The notes beneath the pieces are model-generated. The model worked only from the letters and a program-made list of their open reading frames with translations. It made no database searches and was not told the DNA's origin. From Nitrososphaerales archaeon (GTDB lineage: Archaea > Thermoproteota > Nitrososphaeria > Nitrososphaerales > UBA213), in the NCBI GenBank assembly GCA_965197925.1, contig CBDAOC010000020.1, positions 224,001-288,000 on the forward strand: a stretch of DNA of 64,000 nt. The letters run 5' to 3'. Shown here in pieces: positions 30,823 to 41,717 of the stretch (position 1 is its first letter; the number at the start of each line of letters is the position of its first letter). A program made the translations under genes and the position numbers.

Positions 30823-31899
30823 ATGCTTCGTGTGGCAATAATTGGTGCGACGGGAGTAGTGGGACAGGAGTTCATAGTCTCACTCTGTAACCATCCATGG
30901 TTCGAAGTTAGTCGTATTGCAGCTTCGGAACGTTCTGCAGGCAAGAACTATATCGACGCTATCCATGATAAAAATACAGGTATAATAAAATGGCATCAAC
31001 ATGAGCCTGTTCCAGAATATGCCAAGAATATGTTGGTGGAACATGTTAACGATATTAACCCCCAAGAAGTTGACTTTGTATTTACTGCTATAGAGGCTGA
31101 TGATGCCAAAGTCATAGAACCCAAGTTTGCTAATCATGTTCCCGTAATTAGTACAGCCTCAGCCTTCAGAAGTGAAATTGATGTCCCTATACTCATACCA
31201 GGAATAAATGATGAGCAGGTAGAACTAATCGATATACAGAGAAAGAAGCGTGGGTGGAGGGGTTTCATTGCCCCACTGCCAAATTGTACAACAACTGGTA
31301 TGGCCATTACCCTTAAACCCCTTCTTGATGATTTTGGAATAAAGAGGGTTTTCATGACCTCAATGCAGGCGGTATCAGGAGCAGGTCGAACCCCGGGTGT
31401 TGCTGCTTTGGATATTTTCGACAATATAATACCATACATTCCAAAGGAGGAAGAGAAGGTGCAGAGTGAAACTATGAAGATTCTGGGTACTATAAGCAAC
31501 GGTTCAATAAGACCGGTTGATATGAAGGTAAGTTGCACATGCACCAGGGCAGCAGTGCTGGATGGTCATACTGAAGCAGTTTTTGTTGAGACGGAAAAGG
31601 CGTGTGAACCGCTAGCGGCTAAGCAGTCTATGGAGAGATATTCCGACAATGTTAGTATAAAGGGTCTACCTACGGCACCGGCGGACTACATATTCGTGCA
31701 TGACGATCCTTCAAGACCTCAACCAAGGCTTGACAGAACAATGAACGGCGGTATGACTACAGTAGTTGGTAGGCTTCGAAAAGACCCTGCTCTTGATAAT
31801 GGTGTAAAGTACGTTCTTTTGTCACATAACGAAAAGATGGGTTCGGCCAAGGGTGCTGTGTTATTGGCGGAATTACTTAAGCAAAAAAATTATTTATAA
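30823..31899 (+). CDS. asd: Aspartate-semialdehyde dehydrogenase
   Basis: GATGVVG, PNCTT, QAVSGAG, EEEK and SHN..MGSAKGA motifs. Confidence 0.96.
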   Translation: MLRVAIIGATGVVGQEFIVSLCNHPWFEVSRIAASERSAGKNYIDAIHDKNTGIIKWHQHEPVPEYAKNMLVEHVNDINPQEVDFVFTAIEADDAKVIEPKFANHVPVISTASAFRSEIDVPILIPGINDEQVELIDIQRKKRGWRGFIAPLPNCTTTGMAITLKPLLDDFGIKRVFMTSMQAVSGAGRTPGVAALDIFDNIIPYIPKEEEKVQSETMKILGTISNGSIRPVDMKVSCTCTRAAVLDGHTEAVFVETEKACEPLAAKQSMERYSDNVSIKGLPTAPADYIFVHDDPSRPQPRLDRTMNGGMTTVVGRLRKDPALDNGVKYVLLSHNEKMGSAKGAVLLAELLKQKNYL

Positions 31900-31976
31900 T
31901 TCTACAAGATTTATGACATTATTTTACAAAAATAAGTTTATAACCTTCTTTATTATAGATAATTCTTGAGAAAGGT

Positions 31977-32471
31977 TTGGAAAGAATCGATGATTTGGAT
32001 ATGAAAATCATTGCTGAACTTGTCAAGGATGCTAGTATCTCAGTCCCGAAAATGAGTAAAAAGATAAACGTCAACTCTTCAGTAGTTTACAGCAGAATTA
32101 AGAGGCTAGTAAAACGTAGTCTTATAAGAAAATTTACAATAGTTGTTAACGATAATGCCTTAGGGTTCAATGTTAAGGCTATTATTGGCATAAGTATGGA
32201 CTCCAAATTGAGGGATAATGTTCTTGGTGAATTGTTCAAAATACAGGAGTTAAGGGAAATCACGGAAGTTACTGGGAGGTTTGACTTGCTCGTTACTATA
32301 GCTTCAAGAGCACTTGATGAAATGCATCAGTTAATCTCTGATAAAGTAGGTAGAATTGAAGGTATACGGAAGACTGAAACCTTTATAGAAATGAAGAAAA
32401 CCACAAAGGAGCCCTCTTATTCAACTACAAAAGTCATTGGCATAGCCAATCATTATTCTTTGAAAGGTTAA
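31977..32471 (+). CDS. Lrp/AsnC family transcriptional regulator
   Basis: DDLDMKII..L..DA N-terminal HTH; EVTGRFDL RAM domain. Confidence 0.92.
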   Translation: MERIDDLDMKIIAELVKDASISVPKMSKKINVNSSVVYSRIKRLVKRSLIRKFTIVVNDNALGFNVKAIIGISMDSKLRDNVLGELFKIQELREITEVTGRFDLLVTIASRALDEMHQLISDKVGRIEGIRKTETFIEMKKTTKEPSYSTTKVIGIANHYSLKG

Positions 32472-32509
32472 AGCTTTATCCATTTAGGTTGTGAGTTCCC
32501 TCGCACTTA

Positions 32510-33565
32510 GAGCCTATCCTAAAATTCTAGCTGATAGTTAATGATTGGTAGAAATGATAACATTTAGAATGCAAGAATATTAGTTCATACTGTCAGGTTT
32601 AGTTTTCTTACTATTGATTTTATTAGTATTGTAGATAATAGATACTAGAAACAGTTGCATTAACGTGTTTATGACACTACCAATATATCGCTCTGTACAC
32701 TATTAGGCAGTTAGCAAATTCTACTAGCGCCTGATAATTTTCCTCTCTCTTCTCGAACCTTACCAATAACTTTCTGAACCTGTTATGCCAAGATGCGGTT
32801 CTTTCTACAACCCATCTCTTTGCTTTGTACAAATTCTTTTTCAACACTTCACCCTTATGACGAATGTGATCCACATATCCCCTTCCTAACTCCATATTTC
32901 ATACTCTATACTCTATCTCAGGGAAATCGTATCCTATTCATGCATATGTTCTGTTTAACTTTGGGCCTATCAACAACAATGCTATCTATTGTAGGAAAGG
33001 CTGATTTCATATCGTGTTTATTTGCTCCAGTAATTACAGATGAGAGAGGAATACCTCTTCTATCAACCAGCATGTGACGTTTGGTACCTAGCTTGCCTCT
33101 ATCCGTTGGGTTTGCTCCGGTCGTTTTCCCCCTAATGGGGCCTTCGGTACGCTATCCATGGATTGCCAGTCCCATCCTATACCCTTCAATTCATCATATA
33201 TTTCCAGCAGCCTCTTCCATACCTTTTCGAATACTCCTATCCCAATCCATTCCTGAAATCTTGCATGGCAAGTTGAGCCAGAACCAAATTCTTTAGATAC
33301 CTTCTTCCACTGGCATCCAGTTCTTAATACGTACAGTACTCCATTCAACACTTTTCTAAATGGCACAGCTGGCCTTCCAACTGTTCTTGCTGGTTTCTCT
33401 GGCGGCAGCACTAGTTTGAACTCTACCCATAGATTGTCTGGTATATGCCATATGGTCGGCATGCTCTTTTTCTTTGATTTTCTCACAAATTTAGCTAGAG
33501 AGGACAGATCTGGATCTGTTTCGGTATAAACAATTAGGCTACGATGTTAATTTTCGGATAGGCTC
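32510..33565 (-). mobile_element. IS5-family element (IS1031-like), 1056 bp, with a disrupted transposase
   Basis: TIRs GAGCCTATCC(T/G)AAAATT at 32510-32526 and 33549-33565; TTA target duplication on both sides; GR...YVLRTGCQW, KAPLGG/TGANPTDRGKLGTKRH and RWVVERTASW motifs. Confidence 0.93.
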
Positions 33566-33812
33566 TTAGTCACTTTAAAATGGTCCAAATCTTGGTGTTC
33601 TGAGTTTAACTTTTTCAAATGCATGATTCTATTATTTTGATAGTTATGATGACATGCGCTGGATTGTTTTTTACCTTAATACATTATTCTATTAGTTCTT
33701 TCCATCATACACACATATCCTAGTTTAGACAAATAAGAAAATCCTCGTAGTACATTTACTCAGAATAAATATAACCCGATGATAAGAGATTAGATGAAAA
33801 TAAAAAGTGAAG

Positions 33813-34289
33813 TTAGATTTTCATTAGTTGTTCAACCACCAACTTTGTAGCCGCCTCACCGTTGTTACTTAACCTGTACTTGGAAACGCCTTGTGCATCC
33901 TTCTTCTCTATCACCATCTTGCTCCTCTTCATAAGATCTCGCCTAAAGTTACTTCCGTTCCACCAACCTTCATCTACTCCCAACTCCTTGGCCTTCTCTT
34001 TGATCTCTTCCTTTGCCAACGTCGTGTTGCTGAAGTGAAGCAAGACCAAAATTCTTTCCTTGTACTTCAAATGCTGTAATCTCTGCAATATTTCGTTAGG
34101 GATCTTACCCGTCTTCTCCAGTTTTCCTACTACTTCATTGGGAAGTACTCTACTTACCGATCGCTGTTCTATAAGCTTGGAGAGAATTACCTTGAAAGCT
34201 TCAATCTTGTAAGGTTCCGGTTCATCCCTCACTGCTTCTCTTGCCTGTCTGATCCTTTGTTTCAATTCTGATGTGTTCAAATTGATCAT
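33813..34289 (-). CDS. Hypothetical protein with probable C-terminal winged helix
   Basis: 158-aa ORF ending KYRLSNNGE, a wing-like motif. Confidence 0.5.
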   Translation of the reverse strand: MINLNTSELKQRIRQAREAVRDEPEPYKIEAFKVILSKLIEQRSVSRVLPNEVVGKLEKTGKIPNEILQRLQHLKYKERILVLLHFSNTTLAKEEIKEKAKELGVDEGWWNGSNFRRDLMKRSKMVIEKKDAQGVSKYRLSNNGEAATKLVVEQLMKI

Positions 34290-34370
34290 ATATTAAATAG
34301 GGAGGTTATTGAAAAGACTTACTAAACGTTGATTTGAACGTATAAATATCAAATTAGTCAATGATTACAG

Positions 34371-35255
34371 GTGCCGAAAATTGGGTTAGGTGCAAATTTT
34401 AAAACCTACTGGGAAGTTACCAAACCCAAGATCTGGTACCTTCTAGTATTTACGGCCTTTATGGCTTCTCTGATCGCATATAATGTTCACGACATTCCTA
34501 TTTCCACCCTGACACTGGCACTTGTTATTACATCTGTAATGGCTGGTTCAGCTGCTGCTAACACTCTTACAAATTATTTTGATCGTGATATTGACGCCAA
34601 GATGGATCGTACCAAATCAAGGCCTATCCCTAGTGGAAGAATATCTCCTGAAAGGGCTTTTACCTATGGCTTGACGCTAACAGCCATATCCCTTATCCTT
34701 GCATATTTTATTAACATCTGGGCATTAGGTCTTATGATCTTTGGGCTGTTCGATAACATCATCGTTTACAGCAGATGGTTGAAGCGGAGGAGTTTATGGA
34801 ATATCGTTCTTGGAGGTTTCTCTGGTGGTGCTCCCGCATTGATAGGCTATGTGGCTGTAACTACAGCCACAATAGAACTTGGCTTTGTTCTGGCTGGTTT
34901 AGTTTTCTTATGGATCCCAACCCATATTTGGAGCCTTGCACTTCATATACGCGAAGATTATGCAAGAGTAGATGTGCCTATGCTTCCGGTAGTAAAGAGT
35001 GAAAGTACATCGGTACGTGTCATTGCAGGTACCACTCTAATGATGGTGCTTTTTAGTGCATTACCCTTCTTCATGAATGTTTTTGGATGGATCTATTTGG
35101 GGGTAACGGCAGTTCTAGGGTCTATAATAATTGTAATGAGTATAGGATTGTTGGTTAAACCAACGGAAAAGAAATCATGGATGTTGTTCAAGTTCTCAAG
35201 CCCTTATCTTGCATTGTTGTTTATAGGGATGTATATAGACGCTTTAGTTTTCTAA
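34371..35255 (+). CDS. ctaB: Protoheme IX farnesyltransferase (heme o synthase)
   Basis: TKPKI, DRDIDAKMDRT..RPIPSG, YSRWLKRR, WIPTH and DY...VPMLP motifs. Confidence 0.95.
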   Translation: MPKIGLGANFKTYWEVTKPKIWYLLVFTAFMASLIAYNVHDIPISTLTLALVITSVMAGSAAANTLTNYFDRDIDAKMDRTKSRPIPSGRISPERAFTYGLTLTAISLILAYFINIWALGLMIFGLFDNIIVYSRWLKRRSLWNIVLGGFSGGAPALIGYVAVTTATIELGFVLAGLVFLWIPTHIWSLALHIREDYARVDVPMLPVVKSESTSVRVIAGTTLMMVLFSALPFFMNVFGWIYLGVTAVLGSIIIVMSIGLLVKPTEKKSWMLFKFSSPYLALLFIGMYIDALVF

Positions 35256-36586
35256 TCCAGATAGTCCCCTAGCTTTATCTTATCATGGCCGGGAATTTTA
35301 GCAATTTCAAATCTTTCCTTTCGCTTTAGAAGGGTTGCAGTAGCATCAATACCTACTTTATTGGTTAGCAATTTTTCTTGATCGCTTGACGGATCCAAAC
35401 TAGACCCCTTTGCATTGGATATGATTAAGAGATCATTACCAGCCTGGAATCTAGTGGCAATTGCGTATTCCACCGATTCTGCATCGGTTGGTTCTATGTC
35501 ATCATCTACAACAATGGCCATCTTTAAAGATGGGTGTGCAGCAAAAGCAGCGATCAATGCGTTTTTAGATTCACCTTCCAATTTCTTCCTTATCTGTATT
35601 ACAGCATGCAACCAATTACAACCACCATCAGTTAAACATACCTGTTTTGTCGTGGGTACTACGTTCTTGACGCCTTGGAGGACTTTGGCCTCAACCGGCA
35701 TAGACATCAACAGTCTATGCTCGGCATAACCCGGCAAGATATCATGATAGATAGCGCCATTTCTAAACCTTATAGCTTCCAACTCAAATACTGGCTGCTT
35801 TCGCCTGTGATCATATGTGCGAAGCATTTCAACCATCCACTCCTCCTCGAACCTGTCCTTCAATATTCTGCCTTCTATAATGATCTCTGCATGGGAGGGT
35901 ACCATCAAGCCAGAATATCCACATCTGGCTATACTTAACCCATTATCCATAAGAGAGTTGGCAATTTCCATCTCGTCCATTCCATATGCAGCCTGGTATG
36001 CAGCTCCAACAATCACAGCAGGGTGTACACCAACGACAGCAGCGACCTTGAGATCTTCGCCGTGTTCTTTTGCATATTGATAGCACTTATGCAAATGCCT
36101 GCCCTCAACCATCCTAATAGCCATATGCTTTTCATCTAGAAGTAGAAATCTATGAACGGAGCTATTCTGGTTGTTGGTTTCCTGCTCTTTTGCAAATACA
36201 ATTGATGATGTGATGTATGGTCCAGCATCTTTTTCAAAATGGTTGATAATGGGAAGGATTGAAAGGTCCTTCGACATATTTTCATTGAATTTGGGTTCTT
36301 CAGTTTTTGGTTTTGTAGGTCTAGATAATACATCAAACACTCTTTGGTGTATTGAATCAATGTCCGCATTTATTGCAGTAGCAAACCGTTTCCTCGTGCC
36401 ACATACATTTGTAGTAACACGCATATTACTTTCCTTGACATTGTTAAAAAAAACTGCCTCTTTACTATCCAGCTTTGCCGTCAAGGCAGCCAATTCAAAT
36501 TTTGTAGATACCTGTTTTCTTACATCAATTAATTCATTCAAATTCCTCAAGCTATCTAGGTAGTCACGCAGATCCATTTTGCTCAC
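35252..36586 (-). CDS. UbiD-family decarboxylase (likely anhydromevalonate phosphate decarboxylase)
   Basis: DAGPYITS, AEIIIEG, WLHAVIQI, VVDDDI and GSSLDPS motifs; pathway role is inferred from the archaeal context. Confidence 0.88.
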   Translation of the reverse strand: MSKMDLRDYLDSLRNLNELIDVRKQVSTKFELAALTAKLDSKEAVFFNNVKESNMRVTTNVCGTRKRFATAINADIDSIHQRVFDVLSRPTKPKTEEPKFNENMSKDLSILPIINHFEKDAGPYITSSIVFAKEQETNNQNSSVHRFLLLDEKHMAIRMVEGRHLHKCYQYAKEHGEDLKVAAVVGVHPAVIVGAAYQAAYGMDEMEIANSLMDNGLSIARCGYSGLMVPSHAEIIIEGRILKDRFEEEWMVEMLRTYDHRRKQPVFELEAIRFRNGAIYHDILPGYAEHRLLMSMPVEAKVLQGVKNVVPTTKQVCLTDGGCNWLHAVIQIRKKLEGESKNALIAAFAAHPSLKMAIVVDDDIEPTDAESVEYAIATRFQAGNDLLIISNAKGSSLDPSSDQEKLLTNKVGIDATATLLKRKERFEIAKIPGHDKIKLGDYLD

Positions 36587-36917
36587 TCGCTACATCAATT
36601 ACCATCCCCATGATTGTTTTCATCGCATTCAAGTCGAGCGCTTTTTTTGTGTATAATGATGTTATGCATATTCCATTTGTTAATGAGGCTAAACGTTCGG
36701 ATATCATACTCAAAAACAGGCTATCGTATTTGCTAGGGATTACCTTTGCTGTACTGGCACCAACATCCCTATGCAATGATACGTTTAGTGAACCTATCCT
36801 ATGTTGATCGCCCTCCGAAATTGAAATAAAACATCCGTTAAACATACGCATGATACGTATCGAAAAGTTCCTCTCCTGTACCTTTACAATACGCTCAATA
36901 TATTGTTCTGTAGACAT
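36564..36917 (-). CDS. Conserved hypothetical protein, proteasome-assembly-chaperone-4-like
   Basis: Start MSTEQY; NGCFISISEG...IGSL.VSL...VIPSK pattern; overlaps the UbiD start. Confidence 0.55.
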   Translation of the reverse strand: MSTEQYIERIVKVQERNFSIRIMRMFNGCFISISEGDQHRIGSLNVSLHRDVGASTAKVIPSKYDSLFLSMISERLASLTNGICITSLYTKKALDLNAMKTIMGMVIDVASEQNGSA

Positions 36918-36940
36918 TAAACCGTCAATACTATACCAAG

Positions 36941-37183
36941 TTATGTGCGTATTGCAATGGGTTCGACAACCTGTTTGCTGGTACTCTTTTCCCTGAGTTT
37001 TGCCTTGTATTTCAAGTTTCTTGGCTTTGTTCTCAGTCTGTATCCACAGCAAGGACACCATAGTCCGTCCCACTTTATGAAAATCTCACATATTTGGCAA
37101 CGTTTCTGTCCAGAAGCATACCTTCCCGTTCCAACGGGTTTTTGGGCCTTGTATCTTACGCAAATTCCCTTACAAGTCATCAT
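36941..37183 (-). CDS. Conserved thaumarchaeal Zn-finger protein
   Basis: CKGIC...RY..GQKRCQICEIF...CPCCGYRLRTKPR. Confidence 0.8.
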   Translation of the reverse strand: MMTCKGICVRYKAQKPVGTGRYASGQKRCQICEIFIKWDGLWCPCCGYRLRTKPRNLKYKAKLREKSTSKQVVEPIAIRT

Positions 37184-37562
37184 ATTTTACCTCCAAAAAT
37201 CATTTCCAATGAAAGATAAACAAGAAATCTATTTAAGTTTTATCAAAAAATTTCTAGATATAAAGGATATTTTTTATAAATTTTATATATTTAGATCGGG
37301 AATATTTTATAGAATTACTTGATTAAAGAGAGAAAAGTATATATATTTAAGTTAGAAGGATTTTTAACTCTTTGTAATAATGGAATCTGACAATTCCTCA
37401 TCTATGTGTGGGGTTGACCTTTCTGCAATGGTCATCCATTTGTCTCCTGACTAGAACTCTTCCCCACCCGTTAAAGAATTGGGAAGATAGGTTTTATCCC
37501 ATTAACTTGAGTGGGAGTAGAATTTCTCTTTGTCTCCAGAGAATTTCATAAAGATCTCATTA

Positions 37563-38180
37563 TTAGGAGAGGCTATGGTCCCTAAATGGTCTGCCTTTTC
37601 TCAAAGCTATCGCTTTGGCTGATAATTTGTCACGGATCCCTCTCCTGTTTACCCCCCTAGAAGACACTCTTGATGTACCATGCTCGTTGACGAGTTCGAT
37701 CATTATATCATCCTCAAATTTGTTATACAACTTATCGGCAATTTGCGTTGCCATTGCTGGATGGCCATAGCCTATTCTTACTATCTTTTTTCTGGAGGGA
37801 GTACCATTCATCACTATGCTTATTAAATCAACGACCCTCCACACCGAGGTCACCACTTTGCTCTCTATCTCCTTCTTTAGGTAAAATATAGATATACCGA
37901 TTCTATTGCCAGGATCAATGCCTATCAAAAGTTGATCGTCCTGATACATTCCCATTATGCTACGCAGGATCTTGGCTCTTATCAAAGCGGGTTCATCGTC
38001 TAGTTCCCTATCTAGGAGCATATTCTTTTCACCAATCAAATTTCTTTCTTCTTCTGTAGTAATTACAAGTTGTGAATTAATTATTGCCGCTTCTTCTGGA
38101 GAGACCGATTTAAACCCTAAACCCAGTACTTTCAATACGCTTATTATTTTATAATAAGGCTTTCCATGTAAGGTAGCCAC
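37563..38180 (-). CDS. Conserved hypothetical protein with an RNase H-like (IGIDPG) domain
   Basis: LLIGIDPG..IG, VRIG.G, VNEHGTS and RD..SA..IA motifs. Confidence 0.7.
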   Translation of the reverse strand: MATLHGKPYYKIISVLKVLGLGFKSVSPEEAAIINSQLVITTEEERNLIGEKNMLLDRELDDEPALIRAKILRSIMGMYQDDQLLIGIDPGNRIGISIFYLKKEIESKVVTSVWRVVDLISIVMNGTPSRKKIVRIGYGHPAMATQIADKLYNKFEDDIMIELVNEHGTSRVSSRGVNRRGIRDKLSAKAIALRKGRPFRDHSLS

Positions 38181-38624
38181 AAGTAGGGGCGTTGGATAAC
38201 TGCCTGAAGTTAAGGGCGTCTCATTAAATTGATTTCCCTGCAGTTAACTATTAAACGTTTTGTAGAAATTAATTTTGAAACATTTCTCCTAATACAATTT
38301 TTATTAATTTTATGGTTGAATCATTGGTATAGACCCTAGAAATCCTTGTATTTATTTACTTGAAATAAAGATGAAACAGATCCTAATAAAAGAGGAGAAC
38401 TAGATTTACCATCCAATTCTTCATAACTCATTTTAATGAAATGGAAAATCATCTACTTACCTTTCAAAGAAAAATTGATGCTCGATCTACGGGGACAATA
38501 ATCTGCAACTCTGTAGAATACAATGGAAGTAAATCTTCTTTTTTCCGCCTGTGAATGAATCAAGCCCGTTATTGTTTTGTGTTTAAATAATAACCTTAAA
38601 TTTAAGCAAAAATAACCAGAGTTC

Positions 38625-40322
38625 ATGATGAATAAAGACCCCCTCCCCAGTAGAAAAGTACTGGAAGGGACAGAAAGAGCTCCACATAGAGCGATGTATA
38701 GGGCTATGGGTCTTACAGATGAGGATCTAAGCAAACCAATGATAGGTGTATCAAATACTTGTAATGAAGCTACGCCATGCAATATTCATCTCGGAAGGCT
38801 TGCAAGTCGTGCCAAAGAAGGAGTGATGAACGGAGGTGGCACACCAAGAGAGTTTACCACGATTGCGGTTAGCGATGGTATTTCAATGGGACATGAAGGT
38901 ATGAAAGCATCACTGGTAAGCAGGGAAGTCATAGCAGATTCTATTGAATTGATGGTACATGCTCACCAGTATGATGGTATTGTAGGAGTCGCTGGTTGTG
39001 ACAAGAGCCTACCTGGTACAATGATGGCAATGGCGCGGATGAACATACCAGCTGTATTCGTTTATGGAGGTACAATCATGCCAGGAGTGTATGACGGTAC
39101 AAATCTAACAATACAGGACGTTTTCGAAGCTGTGGGATCCTATGATAGCGGTTCAATCACTTTGGACCAATTGAAAAATATTGAAAATTACGCTTGTCCA
39201 GGCGCAGGTTCTTGTGCTGGTATGTATACTGCCAACACAATGGCTTCAATAAGCGAAGCATTAGGTATTGCTCTTCCTGGAAGTGCCACTCCTCCGGCCG
39301 AAGATGTTAGAAGATCTGACATTTGTTTCGATACGGGTAAGGCTGTAATGGGCCTGTTGGAGAATAACATAAAGGCCAGAGACATAATGACATTTGAATC
39401 CTTTGAGAATGCCATAACTGTTCTAAATGCAATTGGAGGATCGACCAATGCTGTCCTGCATCTCCTTGCTATTGCTAAAGAGGCCAGGGTAAAACTTACT
39501 CTTAATGACTTTGAAAGGATAAGAAGGAAAACTCCGCATATCGGTAACATGCGTCCTGGGGGGTTCTATATTATGCTTGATCTGGATAAGGTTGGTGGAG
39601 TGCCTTTGCTTATGAAAAAACTGATTGAAAAAAAGTTGCTAAATGAAAATATTGTTACAGTAACCGGCAAGACATTGAAGAAAAATCTGGATGCCATTCA
39701 CTTCAATGGTAAACAAGATCATGAGGTGATAAAACCAATAGAATCGCCGATTCACAAGACTGGCACGCTAAAGATTCTTCGAGGATCGTTAGCACCCGAT
39801 GGTGCTGTAGTAAAGATTGCTTCTGTCAGGAATCTACATTTCGAAGGAAAGTCCAGGATTTTTAACAGAGAAGAAGATGCCTTTGGTGCTATAACAAAGG
39901 GCAAAATTGTCGAGGGGGATGTGGTAGTTATTAGATACGAGGGACCGAAGGGTGGACCGGGAATGAGGGAGATGCTGGCAGTGACTGCTGCTATGGTCGG
40001 GCAGGGTCTTGGAGATAAGGTAGCATTAATCACCGATGGTAGGTTCTCTGGAGCCACGAGAGGCCTCATGATTGGACATGTGTCTCCGGAAGCGGCTGCT
40101 GGAGGACCAATTGGATTGTTAATGGATGGAGATGTGATCACCATAGATGCTCTTAAGGGTAGACTAGAGGTAAAATTATCAAAAACGGAAATGAACAAAA
40201 GGCAAAAAAAATGGAAGCCCATCAAACCTAGATACACAAGAGGAGTTATAGCAAAGTATGCTTCTCTGGTAGGGTCTGCTTCTGAAGGTGCTGTGACGAG
40301 TCCACTATTGGTTATGCATTAA
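38625..40322 (+). CDS. ilvD: Dihydroxy-acid dehydratase
   Basis: [39 protein letters not shown] and TDGRFSG motifs. Confidence 0.97.
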   Translation: MMNKDPLPSRKVLEGTERAPHRAMYRAMGLTDEDLSKPMIGVSNTCNEATPCNIHLGRLASRAKEGVMNGGGTPREFTTIAVSDGISMGHEGMKASLVSREVIADSIELMVHAHQYDGIVGVAGCDKSLPGTMMAMARMNIPAVFVYGGTIMPGVYDGTNLTIQDVFEAVGSYDSGSITLDQLKNIENYACPGAGSCAGMYTANTMASISEALGIALPGSATPPAEDVRRSDICFDTGKAVMGLLENNIKARDIMTFESFENAITVLNAIGGSTNAVLHLLAIAKEARVKLTLNDFERIRRKTPHIGNMRPGGFYIMLDLDKVGGVPLLMKKLIEKKLLNENIVTVTGKTLKKNLDAIHFNGKQDHEVIKPIESPIHKTGTLKILRGSLAPDGAVVKIASVRNLHFEGKSRIFNREEDAFGAITKGKIVEGDVVVIRYEGPKGGPGMREMLAVTAAMVGQGLGDKVALITDGRFSGATRGLMIGHVSPEAAAGGPIGLLMDGDVITIDALKGRLEVKLSKTEMNKRQKKWKPIKPRYTRGVIAKYASLVGSASEGAVTSPLLVMH

Positions 40323-40355
40323 CATGATTTGTAATATTTACCAAAGGATAATTCT

Positions 40356-41711
40356 ATGATATCAAACAAGAAGTACCTGCTTCGTCATGGTACATGTGTT
40401 AAGGCCAGGAAGTTAGCTTTGGGCGCACTTGAAGCTGCACTCTTGGCGGCCGATCCAAAGAAATCAGTAAAGAAAAATGTTATTCTGAAGGGCAATGTTT
40501 TAAGAATAAAAAATGAATCCTACCCATTTCATTTCGACAATGTATTCGTAATAGGTGGAGGGAAGGCCGCAGGGTATATGGCGGAAGCACTGAACGAGGT
40601 TTTACATGATCGGATAACTAGTGGGCTTGTAATAATTCCAAATAATTTCAATATAAAATTACGAACAGGAAGAATAAATCTCTGGATGGGGACGCATCCA
40701 ATTCCGAGCGAAAAGGGGTTAAGGGGTACAGAAAAGATGCTTGATGTTGTTAAGAATGCTACTACCAAGGATCTTATCATCTTTCTGATATCAGGGGGTG
40801 GGTCTGCACTAATGCCATTGCCATACAAAGGTGTTACAATTTTTCAAAAGCAACGGATTACCAATAACCTGTTACGATCGGGTGCGACGATAGAAGAGAT
40901 CAATGCGGTAAGAAAACATATTTCGGCCATAAAAGGTGGTAGGCTCGTTGAATTGATATCAAAGGCCATGTTGTTTTCGCTTATAATTTCTGATGTGGTA
41001 GGGGATAGGCTTGACGCAATAGGATCAGGTCCGACTGTACCAGACAGTACCACTTTTGCAGATGCAATGAAAGTTCTGAGGAAATATGACCTATGGAACA
41101 AATTGGATAAAAGTATCAGGTGTGTGATTGAAGGTGGATTATCTGGGAGAATACCAGAAACTCCCAAGCCAGGCAATAAAATCTTCAGACATGTAAGAAA
41201 TTTCATAATTGGCAATAACAGGCTTGCATGTATGGCAGCTCTGAATTATCTTAATTCGAGAGGGGTGAAATCTACCGTGCTTACAACTTTCATGGAGGGT
41301 GAAGCGAGGCAAGTTGGCGTTATTGCCTCTTCTATAGCACATCACATCCATAGCGAATCACCTAAGCCGGCGGCGATCATCATGGGAGGTGAAACAACTG
41401 TGATTGTAAGAGGAAAAGGTAGAGGAGGGAGAAACCAGGAACTTATACTGTCAGCCTCCAAGCGTATCAGCGCCCTGACCGGTACTGCAATTGCATCAAT
41501 AGGTACGGATGGAATCGATGGAAATACTAATGCTGCTGGAGCAATAGCAGACTCTTCCACAATTGGAAGGGCCCAAAAGAAGAAAATTCTGCCAATGAAT
41601 TATCTGGCTGACAATGACTCGAACACTTTCTTTAAGAAATTGAATGATGTGATAAAAACTGGCTCTACTGGAACAAATGTTAACGATATAACGATACTTG
41701 TTTGTACATAA
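40356..41711 (+). CDS. gck: Glycerate 2-kinase (MOFRL family)
   Basis: GGGKAA, HPIP, LISGGGSAL, SDVVGD, GGETTV, GGRNQE, GTDGIDG and TGTNVND motifs. Confidence 0.92.
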   Translation: MISNKKYLLRHGTCVKARKLALGALEAALLAADPKKSVKKNVILKGNVLRIKNESYPFHFDNVFVIGGGKAAGYMAEALNEVLHDRITSGLVIIPNNFNIKLRTGRINLWMGTHPIPSEKGLRGTEKMLDVVKNATTKDLIIFLISGGGSALMPLPYKGVTIFQKQRITNNLLRSGATIEEINAVRKHISAIKGGRLVELISKAMLFSLIISDVVGDRLDAIGSGPTVPDSTTFADAMKVLRKYDLWNKLDKSIRCVIEGGLSGRIPETPKPGNKIFRHVRNFIIGNNRLACMAALNYLNSRGVKSTVLTTFMEGEARQVGVIASSIAHHIHSESPKPAAIIMGGETTVIVRGKGRGGRNQELILSASKRISALTGTAIASIGTDGIDGNTNAAGAIADSSTIGRAQKKKILPMNYLADNDSNTFFKKLNDVIKTGSTGTNVNDITILVCT

Positions 41712-41717
41712 CTTCGA

